Assembly (NCBI RefSeq): GCF_001194135.2 | Contig: NC_068992.1 | Location: forward strand, 63,345,821-63,404,150 | Direction of reading: 5' to 3' | Length of the DNA: 58,330 nucleotides | DNA from: Octopus bimaculoides | Taxonomy: Eukaryota | Part shown: piece by piece, positions 37,604-50,793 of the stretch | Position numbering within the stretch: the first letter of the stretch is position 1 | How the letters are laid out: the number at the start of each line of letters is the position of its first letter | Made by a program: the position numbers and the translations under genes | The notes under the pieces: model-generated | Told to the model about the DNA's origin: nothing | The model's database searches: none | What the model saw: only the letters and a program-made list of their open reading frames with translations

Positions 37604-38787
37604 GTAACTCTCTCTCTCTCTCTCCCTCCCTCTCTCTCCCCCTCTCTCTCTCTCTCTCCCTCTCCCTCCCCCTATCTCTCTCTCTCTCTCTCTCTCTCGC
37701 ATTCTCTGATATATATCTCTGTACATGTGTGTGTGTGTGCAAAAATAAGGCACAGATGTGGCTGTGTGGTAAAATAGTTTGCTTCCCAACCACATGGTTC
37801 CAGGTTCAATGTCACTATGTGATACCTAGGGCAAGTGTCCCCTATTATAGCCATGGCCAATCAAAACTTTGTGAACGCATTTGGTAGATAGAAACTGAAA
37901 GAAGCCCTCTCATATATAATACATATATGTATGACATCACATAAAAGCACCCGTAGGGTGCCATGGGGTAAGTGCCTGTGCAGTGCCACATAAAAGGACC
38001 TGTGTGACGTCATGTAAAAGCTTTCATGTGGCACCATGTAAAAGCACCCAGCACACTCTATAAAGTGGTTGGCATTAGGAAGGGCATCCTGCCATAGAAA
38101 CCATGCCAAACCAGACAACTGGAGCCTGGTGCAGCTGGCCAGCCCTGGTCAACCTGTCCAACCCATGCCAGCATGAAAAGCACGTTAAATGATGATAATA
38201 TATGCAGGAGTGGCTGTGTGGTAAGTAGCTTGCTTACCAACCACATGGTTCCGGGTTCAGTCCCACTGCATGGCACATTGGGCAAGTGTCTTCTACTATA
38301 GCCTCGGGCTGACCAAAGCCTTGTGAGTGGGTTTGGTAGATGGAAACTGAAAGAAGACTTGTATATATATAAATATATATATGTTTGTGTGTCTGTGTTT
38401 GTCCTCCCAACATCGCTTGACAACTGATGCTGTAACTTAGCAGTTCGATGAAAGAGACTGATAGAATAAGTGCTAGACTTACAAAGAATAAGTCCAGGAG
38501 TCAATTTGCTTGACTAAAGTTGGTACCCCAGCATGGCTGCAGTCAAATGACTGAAACAAGTAAAAGAGTAAAAGAATATATATATATTTGTATGTGTGTG
38601 TGTGTCTTTATGTCTGTTTGTCCCCCACCACCACTTGACAACCAGTGTTGCTGTGTTTACATTCCTGAAACTTGACAGTTCAGCAAAAGAGACCAGGCTT
38701 AAAAAACAAGTCCTAGGGTTGATTTGTTGAACTAAAATTCTTCAAGATGCCCCAACCATGTTTCAATACTGAAATCTTTCTTTGTAG

Positions 38788-38877
38788 ATCATTGAATTTT
38801 TGGAAGCCAGCGAGGTGGAGCGTCCAGTTACCATTCGGGTCAACACTCTAAAAACACGCAGAAGGAATTTGGCGCAG
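38788..38877 (+). CDS. NOP2: NOP2 exon 9 (IIEFLEASEVERPVTIRVNTLKTRRRNLAQ)
   Basis: RPVTxRxNTLKTRRR motif; acceptor ttgtag and donor gtcagc. Confidence 0.96.
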
Positions 38878-38959
38878 GTCAGCATTAATCTTTGTACCAC
38901 ATTTAATCTGAATTTTTTATAAAACAGGCATTTTTGCAAACTGGGAATCAGTGCTTTGG

Positions 38960-39235
38960 AAAGAGAATAATTTCCCGCTATGGCAATGTCAACTGGCCTT
39001 CATGTTCTGCAGACTTGACTAGCCTGGAATTTTTCTTGTGGGGATACCTGAAAGAGAGGGTTTACATCAACAAACCGGAGACCCTAGTGTAACTGAAGGA
39101 GTACTTCAATAGAGAAATCAGAGAAGTGGGGTTTGAAACTCTTGAGGGTGTTATGGTGCAAGTTTTGGAAAGAGCACAGGTGTGCGAAGCCGAAAATGGT
39201 TTCCATTTAAGCGATGTCGTTTTTTTATATGTGAT
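38960..39235 (+). mobile_element. Tc1/mariner transposase C-terminal remnant
   Basis: RIISRYGNVNWPSCSADLTSLEFFLWGYLKERVYINKPETLV*LKE..R..C..ENG.HL resembles the WPPRSPDL..DFFLWGYLK motif; contains an internal stop. Confidence 0.88.
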
Positions 39236-40187
39236 GTAGAGGTGTTGCAAAATTTGACTTGTGCATATTAATTTCCATTATGTCCTTTATATTGTATCAA
39301 TCCTGACCATCATCATAAAAGTCTTTACATCTACTTTGCCATGTTTCCATGGGTCAGACATGACCATGTTGATGGGTGGAGGTTCTGCTGCCAATTTCCT
39401 ACCCTGATTTTAATTCTTGTTCCTAAGTATTGTAATAATGCCTTAGTCTGTCGGACAACAAAGGGCCTGGACAGAATAATGCAGAGAACTGGAAACAAAT
39501 GAAGGAGTCTTTTGTTTACAGTCAGCAAATGCACGCAGGTATGGATAAAGTTACCATCTCGAGTCTCCCCACCTGGATAGGACGCCAGTCCATCACAAGT
39601 TTACTCCTTTTTGCCAGCTGAGTGAACTGGAGCAACATGAAATGAAGATCTTGCTCAAGAGTGCAATGCATCGTCTGGTCCAAGAATTGAAACCACAATC
39701 TTACGACCGAGAGTCCAACACCGTAACCGCTCAGCCACATGCCTCCACAAACACACATGAAGATAAGGGGCAATAAGCACACTTTCACACAAATACATTT
39801 AGGTGTGGCTTTGTGGTTAAGAAGCTGGCTCCTTGTGGTTTCGAGTTCAGTCTCACTGCATGACATTTTGGGCAAAAGACTTCTTGTCTAATTATCCCAT
39901 TCAGCTAAATTGTTTAACCCCAGGTCAACCTTGATCATGCAGACTTACAATCAAAGGTAATCCAACCATGTCTACTTGGTTGTTTTATAAGTAAGTCTAA
40001 GACTTCCTTATCCATTGGTGTGCTTCCCTTATTAAAGAAATTTGGTTGCCATTTTGTATTGTGCTCAGTATTCAAAATTTAGACTTTCAAAAGGCAATTT
40101 CTTCTTTACAGTAGAATAAAGAAGGAATCCTTTTTTTTTTTTTTTTTTTGAAACTTACTGATTCTTTGTTGTTTTTACCTCTTTTAG

Positions 40188-40275
40188 GCATTAATCAATC
40201 GTGGCGTTAATTTGGATCCATTGGGAAAGTGGACAAAAGTTGGTTTAGTTGTTTATGATTCCCAAGTCCCTATTG
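40188..40275 (+). CDS. NOP2: NOP2 exon 10 ([30 protein letters not shown])
   Basis: Near-identical to the recalled vertebrate NOP2 segment; acceptor ttttag and donor gtaagt. Confidence 0.97.
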
Positions 40276-41038
40276 GTAAGTGATGCAATATTTATACTTT
40301 TGGAAAATTTATTATTATTATTAAGGCAGCTAATTAGCAGAATCGTTAGTATGTCAGACAAGACGCTTAGCAACATTTTTTTGTGGTTCTTTTACATTCT
40401 GAGTTCAAATTCTGTCAAAGTTGACTTTGCTTTTCATTCTTTCACGGTCGATAACATAAGTACCACTAGAATTAGGGGCATTGTGTTAAAATGTGAAATT
40501 TAGTGTAATGAAGAAGCTTGCTTCTTAACCATGAGGTTTCTGTTTCAGCCTCATTGCACAAGTGTCTTCTATAGCCTTGAGCTGAGCTAAGTCTTGCTAG
40601 TGGATTTGGCAGATGGAAACTGAAAGAAGCCCATCATGTGTGTGTGTGACCACTGCTTGACTATTACTGATGTTGGTTTTTTTTTTACATCCCCCATGAC
40701 ATAACAGTTCAGCAAAAGAGACTGATGGAATAAGCACCAGGCTTAGCAAAAAAATAAGTAGCTGGGTCGATTTGTTCAACTGAACCTGTCGAGACATTTG
40801 CCCCAGCATGACTGCAGTCCAATGACTGAAACAAGTAAAAGATGTTATGATGAGTTCTTTCTTTATATAAGACAATAACAGTGTAGTTTGAAAGAGATTT
40901 GGCTGTTATTTCTAGCAGATTAAATAACAACATAGATGTTCAATCATTAACTCATGGCCAGTAAGGTTGATACAGGGTGGCGAGGTGATAAAACACCTGT
41001 AATTTTTGCATAAACGTTCTTCTTTGGTGGTTTTCCAG

Positions 41039-41179
41039 GTGCCACCCCGGAGTACTTGTCAGGTCAGTACTTATTACAAGGTGGATCAAGTTTGTTACCA
41101 GTCATGGCACTGGGGCCACAAGAGAATGAGTTTGTTTTAGACATGGCTGCAGCCCCAGGAGGAAAGACTACACATATTG
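41039..41179 (+). CDS. NOP2: NOP2 exon 11 (ATPEYLSGQYLLQGGSSLLPVMALGPQENEFVLDMAAAPGGKTTHI)
   Basis: Contains SAM-binding motif I; acceptor ttccag and donor gtatgg; phase 1 to 1. Confidence 0.97.
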
Positions 41180-41614
41180 GTATGGTATTATGTATTTTTA
41201 TTATTTCTATATGATGATATTTCATCATCATCATCGCCACCATCATTGTTTTCATGTCTACTTTTCCATGCTTGCATGAGTCAGAATTTCTAGAGGTACA
41301 TTTCTGAATGGATGGATGCCCTTCCTCTCACCAACCCTTACTCATTTCATCATCACCATCGTCATTTAACATTCGCTTTTCCAAGGGTGTATGTATCAGA
41401 TGGAGTTTGTTTCACAGATTTTCTACGGTTGGATGCTCTTCCTGTCACCAACCCTCACCTGTTTCCCAGTAAGGTAATATTTTGCCCCTGGCCTGATGTG
41501 TTTTTCCATGGAGCACTGGAAAGGACCAGTATTGCATGTATGATAGTGATGCTCATTTATAAACAGCACATGATGTCAAGAGCAAAGTATACGCATGCAC
41601 ATGCATGCACACAG

Positions 41615-42185
41615 CATCGACAAAACCAGCGTCAAGATCAGATTTAGGACTGATGACAAACTCTTCAACATGTGGAGACTACAGAGCAAGACCAAGGTGA
41701 AAAAGGACTCAATATGTGACTTCCTGTTTGCAGACGACTGCATGCTCAATGCTACCACAGAGGCTCAGATGCAACGGAGCATGAACTGTTTTACCTCTAT
41801 CTGCAATAACTTAGGCCTCACAATCAATACACAGAAGGCAAAGGTTATGTACCAACCTGCCCCACCTCACAAAAGCTGCACGTGTAACCAATTATCACTG
41901 CCGATGGGGAAACCCTGAAGGTTGTTAATAAGTTCACATACCTCGGCATTGCATTCTCCAGTTCTGTGAACATTGATGACAGAGTCAACACACATACACA
42001 TTGCGAAGGGAAGCTCAGCGTTTGGGCAGCTGCATGAATCAGTATGGGGGAGGAGAGGTATTAGGCTGGCCACCAAGTTGAAGGTGTACCAAGCAATTGT
42101 ACTGGCTACACTACCGTGTGCTTGTGAGAGCCGCACAGTTTACGAACACCACCACACCAAATGGCTTAACCGCTCCCACATTTGA
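41615..42185 (+). mobile_element. RTE (BovB-like) LINE reverse transcriptase remnant
   Basis: IRFRTDDKLFN..RLQSKTKV..DFLFADDC..GLTIN..KAKVMYQP..KFTYLG..AKGSSAFGQL..VW.RRGIRLATKLKVYQAIVL; frameshifted. Confidence 0.92.
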
Positions 42186-42870
42186 AACGGGATTTCTTAC
42201 TTGAAAAAGCAGTGAATGTGAACAACAGGAAAGACATCTGGCTATTATAATCACTGCCAACCCATTGCAGTTTGGGTGCATGCGCTGTTACATAGTGTTG
42301 TTGCATCCATCATTTATCAGTGATATCTTTGCACCACTCGAGTGATGGACCTCTGAGCCATGGGTTCATTTGGGTAGTCGTTTTAGTCACCTTTTATGGC
42401 TTAGAGAGGCAGCGTTGGGTTTATTCTTTGACATGCCAGTCCCCACACAATGTAAGATACTGCTTCAATAATATATTAGTCTACCCATTACTAACATAGA
42501 AAAGGGACATTAACCGATGATGATGACATATATATATGTATAAAATATAAAGAATATAAAAATATTTCATCATTTGCCATGTTAAATGGTGAAATAGATA
42601 TTCCTCTATATTTTATACATTCCTAAGAAAACAATTATTACCAACTGGATTTATTGGATTTCAACTGCATCAGACTATACATCCGATCCCTTTGTTTTGT
42701 TTTGGTTTTCTATGCAGTTAGTAGCATAATCCATTAAAGGAACTTTTTTTTTATGAATACCACCAGATTAGTTAAATCCGTATACTGTGTATTAAATGCA
42801 TATATATATATATATATATATGTAGGGATGTATGTATTTTCTTATGCCATTTTTTGCTTTTCTTGTGCAG

Positions 42871-43010
42871 CTGCTCTGATGAAAAACACAGGTATATTAT
42901 TTGCCAATGATAGCAACAAGACTCGATTAAATGCAGTTATTGCTAACCTTCATCGTATGGGGATAATGAATGTCGTTGTATCCAACTATGATGGTCGCAA
43001 TATGAGCAAA
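42871..43010 (+). CDS. NOP2: NOP2 exon 12 (ALMKNTGILFANDSNKTRLNAVIANLHRMGIMNVVVSNYDGRNMSK)
   Basis: Acceptor gtgcag and donor gtaagt; phase 1 to 0. Confidence 0.97.
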
Positions 43011-43551
43011 GTAAGTCCCTTGTTTCAGTAGTTAGTTCTTATTTGTGTGTGTGTATATGTATACATTGTGTGTAATCTATATATATGTTTGTATGTGAGT
43101 GTCTGTATATACGTTTGTATGTTCATAAAGAAATACTGTATTTTCCAGCATACGAGTTGACACAGTACATATGTAAACATTGAAACACTGTGTCTATCTT
43201 TCCAAATCCTACTGCATTTCCCATGGAATTTTGGGTCCTCCAAAATCGTCTTGGTGTATGAGTCGACCTACCTTTCTTGACTGTAAATACAAAACAACAA
43301 CCAATGAGTGTTATTACTCTTCCGAAATATAACAATATAGATTTACTAACTTTAACCCTTTAGTATTTTCAACCAGCCCGGTCCTGCCTCTCACTTTTCT
43401 GCTACAATGTCTTTAGAAAAATAAACACTCACACCATTGAAATCTCAAAGCTGAAAGATAGTATATGATTAATTCAAAATAATGTGAATAAATAAGGATT
43501 AGATTTGACAGTAATCTGAATGCTAAAGAGTTTTTGTTTTTATTTGTGCAG

Positions 43552-43641
43552 ATAGTGAATACATTCGACCGTGTGTTACTAGATGCTCCCTGCAGTGGCA
43601 CTGGGGTTATCTGTAAGGACCCTACTGTGAAAAACACCAAA
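43552..43641 (+). CDS. NOP2: NOP2 exon 13 (IVNTFDRVLLDAPCSGTGVICKDPTVKNTK)
   Basis: Contains motif IV (PC); acceptor gtgcag and donor gtgagt. Confidence 0.97.
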
Positions 43642-44322
43642 GTGAGTATTAAGTTTGTTTCTTAGCAACTCCACCTTTCATTCTATTAGGGCACATTGAC
43701 TAATTTAGTCTTAGATATCTTATGCTTGCAATAGGGGGTTTTTGAAAAAGTGATAGCAAAAAGAAAAAAGACATTTGTTAAAAACAAATATGAGGAACAT
43801 TGATGAAGGTTATGTATGGGCAACCTTTTTTTTGAGAAGTGGGGCCATGCTAGCACAGGTTGGACGGTTTGACTGGGGACGGGCAAGCCAGGAGGCTGCA
43901 CCAGGCTCCAATCTGATCCGACAATGTTTCTACAGCTGGATGCCCTTCCTAATGTCAACCACTCCGAATGTAGTGGGTGCTTTTTATGTGCCACCAGCAC
44001 AGGAGCCAACCAGGCACCACTGGCATTGGCCACATTTGGATAGTGCTTTTAACATTCCACCGCCATGGGGAACCAGTCAGGTGGCACTGGCAACAACACA
44101 TGCATGAATGGTGCTTATTGCATTCCACCAACACAAAAGCCAGTCAAGCAGCACTGGCATCGGCCACAGCTACAATTTCCATTTAATTGTGATTTGATTT
44201 TTGATTTTACTTGACTCAATAGGTCTCCTCCAGCACATATCTATACACACATATATATATGTATATTATTTCATAGAATTTACCATTAAATAGTATTGTA
44301 TACCATGTCTTTTATATTTTAG

Positions 44323-44445
44323 GACCAAGACCAAATTAACCGATGTTCCAATATGCAAAGAGAATTGTTATTATCTGCTATTGACTGTTGCAATGCCAAG
44401 TCTAAAACTGGTTCCTATATTGTCTACTCAACTTGTTCAGTTTTG
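44323..44445 (+). CDS. NOP2: NOP2 exon 14 (DQDQINRCSNMQRELLLSAIDCCNAKSKTGSYIVYSTCSVL)
   Basis: Contains motif VI (TC) with the catalytic cysteine; acceptor ttttag and donor gtaaag. Confidence 0.97.
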
Positions 44446-45734
44446 GTAAAGTTCCTTTCCTCTTCCATCTTCAATTCTTCTTTCACCTTGTTTGTATATT
44501 TTACTTATATGTTATGTTTTGTTTTGTTGAATAGACTGATGTTTTGCTTTGTGTGTGTGTGTGTGTGTGTGTGTAAGTGATAATACTTGTATGAATGCAT
44601 CTGCCTATGTATTTATGCAGCTATGCACATATGTCTGGATATGATACATGTGCACTCACATCACAGAAACAGACTTGACACTACCTGAGCCCTATTTTGT
44701 TCAGCTTACTTAAGTTTCGCTTTGATTTACATTAATATCTAAAACAATACACACAGACACACACACACACACACACAGATACACTCACTCACACACGCAC
44801 ACACTGTCCCTCTCTCCATAATTCAAATTGTTTTAAAACAAAAAAACACCTCTGTAGATACATACAACCTTCATAGATGAAACTCTCTTCTCACTAGATT
44901 ATTGTCAGCTGTATCCTTCAGAAAGCAGTCAATTGGTGGAGGGAGTGGGGTCATTAGAGATTAGAGCAATGGATAATATACCACATGGTGTATATTCCAG
45001 ATCACAGCACTTAGAGTTCAAATCCAGCTGAAGTCATCTTTGCATTTGATCATTTCATACCCAATAAATAAAGTGCCATTTCAGGCTGGTACTTTATTTA
45101 TCAACCATGAAATGAAAGGGAAAAAATTGTGATTTGATGGGATTTTTGGAGCATTAGATAAGATGCTTGGTAACAACTGTTCAGGCTCTTTGCTTTCTGA
45201 GTTCAATCCCAGCTGAAGTCAACTTTGTTATTCATTAAGAATAAAAAGTTTTGAATGGTACAACAATGCACTATAATACAAAAAATGGACTATAGACCTG
45301 TTGTAATTTAGTTATCTATTCTCCGATGATTTTTCGGAATACAATTCCTTCTTCAGATATACTTAGATGGAGTCTCTACTATAAACTGTTTTCCAACGGC
45401 TTTTCCGTTGAGGTGAGGTCGGCTATGTTTCAATCTCGTGTGTGTTGGTACATCTGTAGTGCTGCTTCTAAGTTATGTGTTAAACCATGTGCGTGCGTGC
45501 TTTCAAGGGAGATAATCAGAGATCGTAATACTTTATGTAAAGTAAATATAAATAATCCAGAATCCTTGTATGGTACCGGATTGATCTCAAAATCTAATCA
45601 GTTTGTGCCAGTCACAAGGCCAAACATCCCTGAAAGTTTCATCTGAATCCATCCAGCAGTTCTTGAGATATCTCGTCCACGGACAAACAAACAAACACGA
45701 CTGAAAACAATACCTCTGCCTTAGTGAAGGCGGA

Positions 45735-45767
<33 letters not shown>

Positions 45768-46067
45768 CCTTTTTTCTGTAAAAGGATAAGGCCTGGAATT
45801 TGTGGGGAGGGGACTAGTTGATTACATTGACCCCAGTGCTCAACTGGTACTTATTTTATCAACTCCAGAATGATGAAAGGCAAAGTTGACCTCAGAATAA
45901 TAATAATAATAATAATAATATAATAGGATATTTTCCAACTTTGGATGACTATGAGGGTCCACGCATGCCAAATAGGAAACAAGGGGTCCACAGGTAATAA
46001 AAAAAAATGGTTGAGAACCATTGAACTCTCTTTATATTTAATTTCTGTTCTTGTTTAATCTTTGCAG

Positions 46068-46165
46068 GTTGAAGAAAATGAATGTATTATTGATTATGCT
46101 CTGAAGAGACGCCATGTAAAACTGGTTCCAACAGGACTGGATTTTGGTGAGCAAGGATTTCCAAA
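46068..46165 (+). CDS. NOP2: NOP2 exon 15 ([32 protein letters not shown])
   Basis: EENE motif; acceptor ttgcag and donor gtaagt; phase 0 to 2. Confidence 0.97.
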
Positions 46166-46290
46166 GTAAGTCTTTGCTTTTATTGATTTCTTCTTTTTTC
46201 TGTTTTTGTTGCTAGTTGAACCTGTTTATCCTTTCAATCCTTCCCTCTTGTTATAGAAACTAGTCTTACTCTGTTTTCCCTCTTCAACAG

Positions 46291-46415
46291 ATTCCAAAGA
46301 CATCGGTTTCACCCGAGTATGAATTTGACGCGGCGCTACTACCCACATACCCATAACTTGGATGGTTTCTTTGTGGCAAAGCTGAAAAAATATTCCAATG
46401 AAAACCCTAATGCGG
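46291..46415 (+). CDS. NOP2: NOP2 exon 16 ([41 protein letters not shown])
   Basis: PH..DGFF motif; acceptor caacag and donor gtatgt; phase 2 to 1. Confidence 0.97.
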
Positions 46416-47421
46416 GTATGTCAATGTATTTATTTTATCATCATCATCATCATCCTCCTCGTCTTAACTTCCACTTTTCCATCCTTTCATTGGTTGGAGA
46501 ATTTGTTGAGAGGGATTTTGTTTGGCCAGATGCCCTTCCTCATACCCCCACCACCTATCTACTACATACGCGCATTCCTTTCTACCCACTAGACCTTTTA
46601 ACCTCATCTCCTCCCCTTCCCTCCTCTATATATGCTCACCCCCCTCTATCCTGTAAGATCAACTGACCATTAAAATATACCGCTACCATCCTTCACCTCT
46701 ATCTCTCCTCCATCCCCTTTCACATTCTGTCTTCATGGCTTGACCTAATTACCGCTCATCCTTCACTTGACTTGGCCATTCTTCAAATAAACAAGCTAAA
46801 ATCCATCGCAGTATGGCATATATTCACCTCTGCTATCTATGCTATATCAGCCTTCGTTCCAACATCTATTTCCGGATTATCCCCATATGGATTACTTTAC
46901 ACGGATTTCTACACGGATATTTACTACTGGAATGAAACTACACTTCAAGTACTGNNNNNNNNNNNNNNNNNNNNNNNNNNNNNNNNNNNNNNNNNNNNNN
47001 NNNNNNNNNNNNNNNNNNNNNNNNNNNNNNNNNNNNNNNNTATATATATATAGATAGATAGATAGATAGATAGATGTGAATGTCAAGGCACATGGCTTAG
47101 TGGTTAGAGTGTTTGGCTCATGATCATAAAGTAGTGAGTTCAGTTCCTGGTAGTGCTTTATGTCCTTGAGCAAGACACTTTGTTTCATATTGCTCCCATC
47201 CACTCAGCTGGTGAAAATGAATAGTACCTGTATTCTAAAAGGGCCAGCCATGTCACATTCTGTGTCATGCTGAATCTCCCTGAGGACTCTGCTAAGTGCA
47301 TGCATGTCTGTGGAGTGCTCAGCCACTTGCATGTTAATTTCACAAGCTGGCTGTTGATCCCTTGTTTGGGTCAACTGAACCCCTTGTTGTTGTAACCAAT
47401 AGAGTGTCAGTTATCTAAGCT

Positions 47422-47508
<87 letters not shown>

Positions 47509-48476
47509 TGTGTGTGTATGTGTATATGTATATATATATATACACATATATATATATAAACATGCACACACATAGATACACACAGGTGTATGTACTTTTG
47601 TCATTTAAGTTGCATGTAATCATCTTTTGGTGCTAAAGGGAATCTACAGTGATTTTGGTCATTGCCTCCCCTCCACCGTACTTCTGCCATTGTTCACCAT
47701 CACCACCACCACTGCCACCACCACCATCGCCACTGTCAAAACTATCGCACACCTCCATCCTCTGCTCACACCACCACCACCACCACCATCACACCATGTA
47801 ACACTATCCCCCTCACCCAACCCCCAAACCTGCAAATGTCCTTCTCTTGTTCTTAATTATTCAACAATAGTCAAGATTCCATCAGCATCGATGTGGAAAC
47901 TACCATGGAATTGAAGAAAAGAGACCACAAGATTGCAATTGTCCGTTTTAGCATTCTCCAAGACACAAGACACAAGCTGACAATGCTCTTTATTTACAGC
48001 ATGCTTGGTCAGTTCCTTTGGGCAGTGAGCGAGTGGTCAGTTTAGAACCAGCTGGGAGATGGCTGCAAGTAACGACTACATGACAAAACGTGATGGAGAC
48101 ACTGACAAACTGAAGTAATTAGTTAGTTTTCAAAGTGACCTTCGTTTCTCCTTCTGACAATTCGTTTCACTTAGGGCTTAACTCCTTCCTTTCCTACCAA
48201 GATGTCTACCTATAAGATTTACCTTACCTATCTACTGACCTACCTGCTTAAATATATACAGACATAGCTACAGGCCAGCCTATCTATCTACCTACATATC
48301 TATCTCTCTCTCTCTATCTTTCTGTGTATATATATATATATATACATACATATAATGTCCCACCCATGCTAGCATGGAAAGCAGGCGTTAAACAATGATG
48401 ATGGTATATATATATATATATATAATAGAGCACTTAATATAAGCTCAATAAAATATTCCTTTTGAATATTCTTTAT

Positions 48477-48516
<40 letters not shown>

Positions 48517-49235
48517 CATATATATATATACATACACATCTTTCTTTGCTTCTTTCTTTTTTTTCCTTTTTTCTTTACTTCTTACCTTCTTTGCTTTTCC
48601 TTTCTATTTGTCTTTACTCACCTTTCTTCCCTTTCTGTCTTTTTTTTTTCTTTTTCCATCTCTTGCTTTGCTTGCTTTTTCTGGCCTAGGGTCAGTGATG
48701 GAGATGAGGAGGCAGCTGGTCATCTGAACCTCACTCTCTGCAAGGATGATGATGGCGGCAGCAGTGGTGGCAGCACTCGTCGCTGTTGTCATCCTCACCA
48801 TGGTGGTGATGGTGGCAGAACAGCAGGAGTGCATTGTCAGTGCCCCTCCCCCCTCACACACACGCGCACACACCCCACCGACCTTTGCCACTGCCGCTGA
48901 CCCCCTCCCCTTATTATTCACCAATCCCCACCGACCGCCACCACCACAAAACACACATACATGGATATTACATTGCTTTAGTCATCATTTGAAACATGTC
49001 CTACCTTCCACCCCCTTTCCCTCTCTCCTCCCTCCCCTCTCTCTCTCCCTTCCTCTTTCTCTCTCCCAGAAGTTTCCATTAGCACTGTGGTTATTGTTGC
49101 TGTTGTTGTGATAGTAATTTATTACAAGAGGTAGCTACCTTATTTTACAGTCCATTAACTCTCTACTCACCTGCTTTGCTTTGTGTATGGTGTGGACATG
49201 TAAGCCTATATGTTGTTGTTGTTGTTGTTGTTGAC

Positions 49236-50121
49236 AAGCTAATGAAATTGTTGGCATGCTGGACAAAATGCTTAGCAACTGTTCGTTTGTCTTTACATTC
49301 TGAGTTCAAATTCCGCGGAGGTCAACTTTTCCTCTCATTCTTTCAGAGTCAATAAAATAAGGACCAGTGAGACACTGGGGTTGATGTAATCGACTTGTCC
49401 CCTCCCCTCAAAATTTCAGGCCTTGTGCCTTTAGTAGAAAGGATTATTATTATTATTAAGGTGGTGAGCTAGCAGAATTGTTAGCATGCCAGGCGAAATG
49501 CTTAGTGGTATTTCGCCTGTTGTTATGTTCTGAGTTCAAATTCCACCAAGGTTGACTTTACCTTTCATCCTTTCAGGGTCGATAAATTAAGTACCAGTGA
49601 AACACTGGGGTCGATGTAATCAATTAGTCCCCTCCCCACAGATTTGAGACCTTGTGCCTTCATTAGAAAGGATCATCATCATCATCATCATCATCATTAT
49701 TAAGGTGGCGAGCTGGCAGAATCGTTAGCACACCTGGTGAAATGCTTAGTGGCATTTTGCCTGTCACTACGTCCTGAGTTCAAATTCCANNNNNNNNNNC
49801 AGTGAAACACTGGGGTCGATGTAATCAATTAGTCCCCTCCCCACAGATTTGAGACCTTGTGCCTTCATTAGAAAGGATCATCATCATCATCATCATCATC
49901 ATTATTAAGGTGGCGAGCTGGCAGAATCGTTAGCACACCTGGTGAAATGCTTAGTGGCATTTTGCCTGTCACTACGTCCTGAGTTCAAATTCCACTGAGG
50001 TCATCTTTGCCTTTCATCCTTTCGGAGTTGATAAATTAAGTACCAGTGAAACACTGGGGTCGATGTGATCGACTGGTCCCAACCCCAGCAAATTTCAACC
50101 CTTGTGCCTTTAATAGAAAGG

Positions 50122-50125
<4 letters not shown>
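49236..50125 (+). repeat. Head-to-tail array of family A SINE-like units (one copy duplicated across a gap)
   Basis: Roughly 210-240 nt units separated by (ATT)n or (CAT)n. The copy at 49800-49990 duplicates the sequence before the 10-N gap. Confidence 0.85.
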
Positions 50126-50159
<34 letters not shown>

Positions 50160-50739
50160 CATTGTTATTAAGGCAGCAAGCTGGTGGAATCATTACCATC
50201 CCAGACAAAATGCTCAGCAGCAGTGCCAAGTACAATGGTTTATTCTTAGCCAAAAGCTTCTGCTGTTGTCTGACCATAATGGGAGTAGTGCTTCTTCCCA
50301 GCACAAACCCAAACTGCATTTCATCTAATCTGATTCTGTTCCTAATTACTGTATTTTAATGTGTATAAGGAACCCTTTTTTGTCGAAAATTAGGTTAAAA
50401 AAATTTGGCAGTTTCTTATACATGGATAGTATTACAGCCCCTTACAAAACCTTTTTCCAAATTTTAAGCCCCCAGAATTAGGGAGTTCCTTATACACATT
50501 AAAATATGGTAATTGGCTATAGTTCTTTCCATAACCATCATGACCAGGTCCAGCAATTTGATGCCTCTGTAGGAACATGTCTGGCCATGGGGAAATATTA
50601 TCTTGCTGAGAAACGGATAGGGGTTGGCAACAAGAAGGGCATCTGGCCTAGAATATCTGCCTCAATAATCTCTGTCCAACCCATTTAAGCATAGGAAAAT
50701 AGACATCAAAATGATGATGATGATTGGTATATATATATA

Positions 50740-50793
<54 letters not shown>

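Noticed and set aside
49620-49990. Apparent exact tandem duplication
   Set aside because: Identical sequence on both sides of a 10-N gap indicates an unmerged contig overlap.
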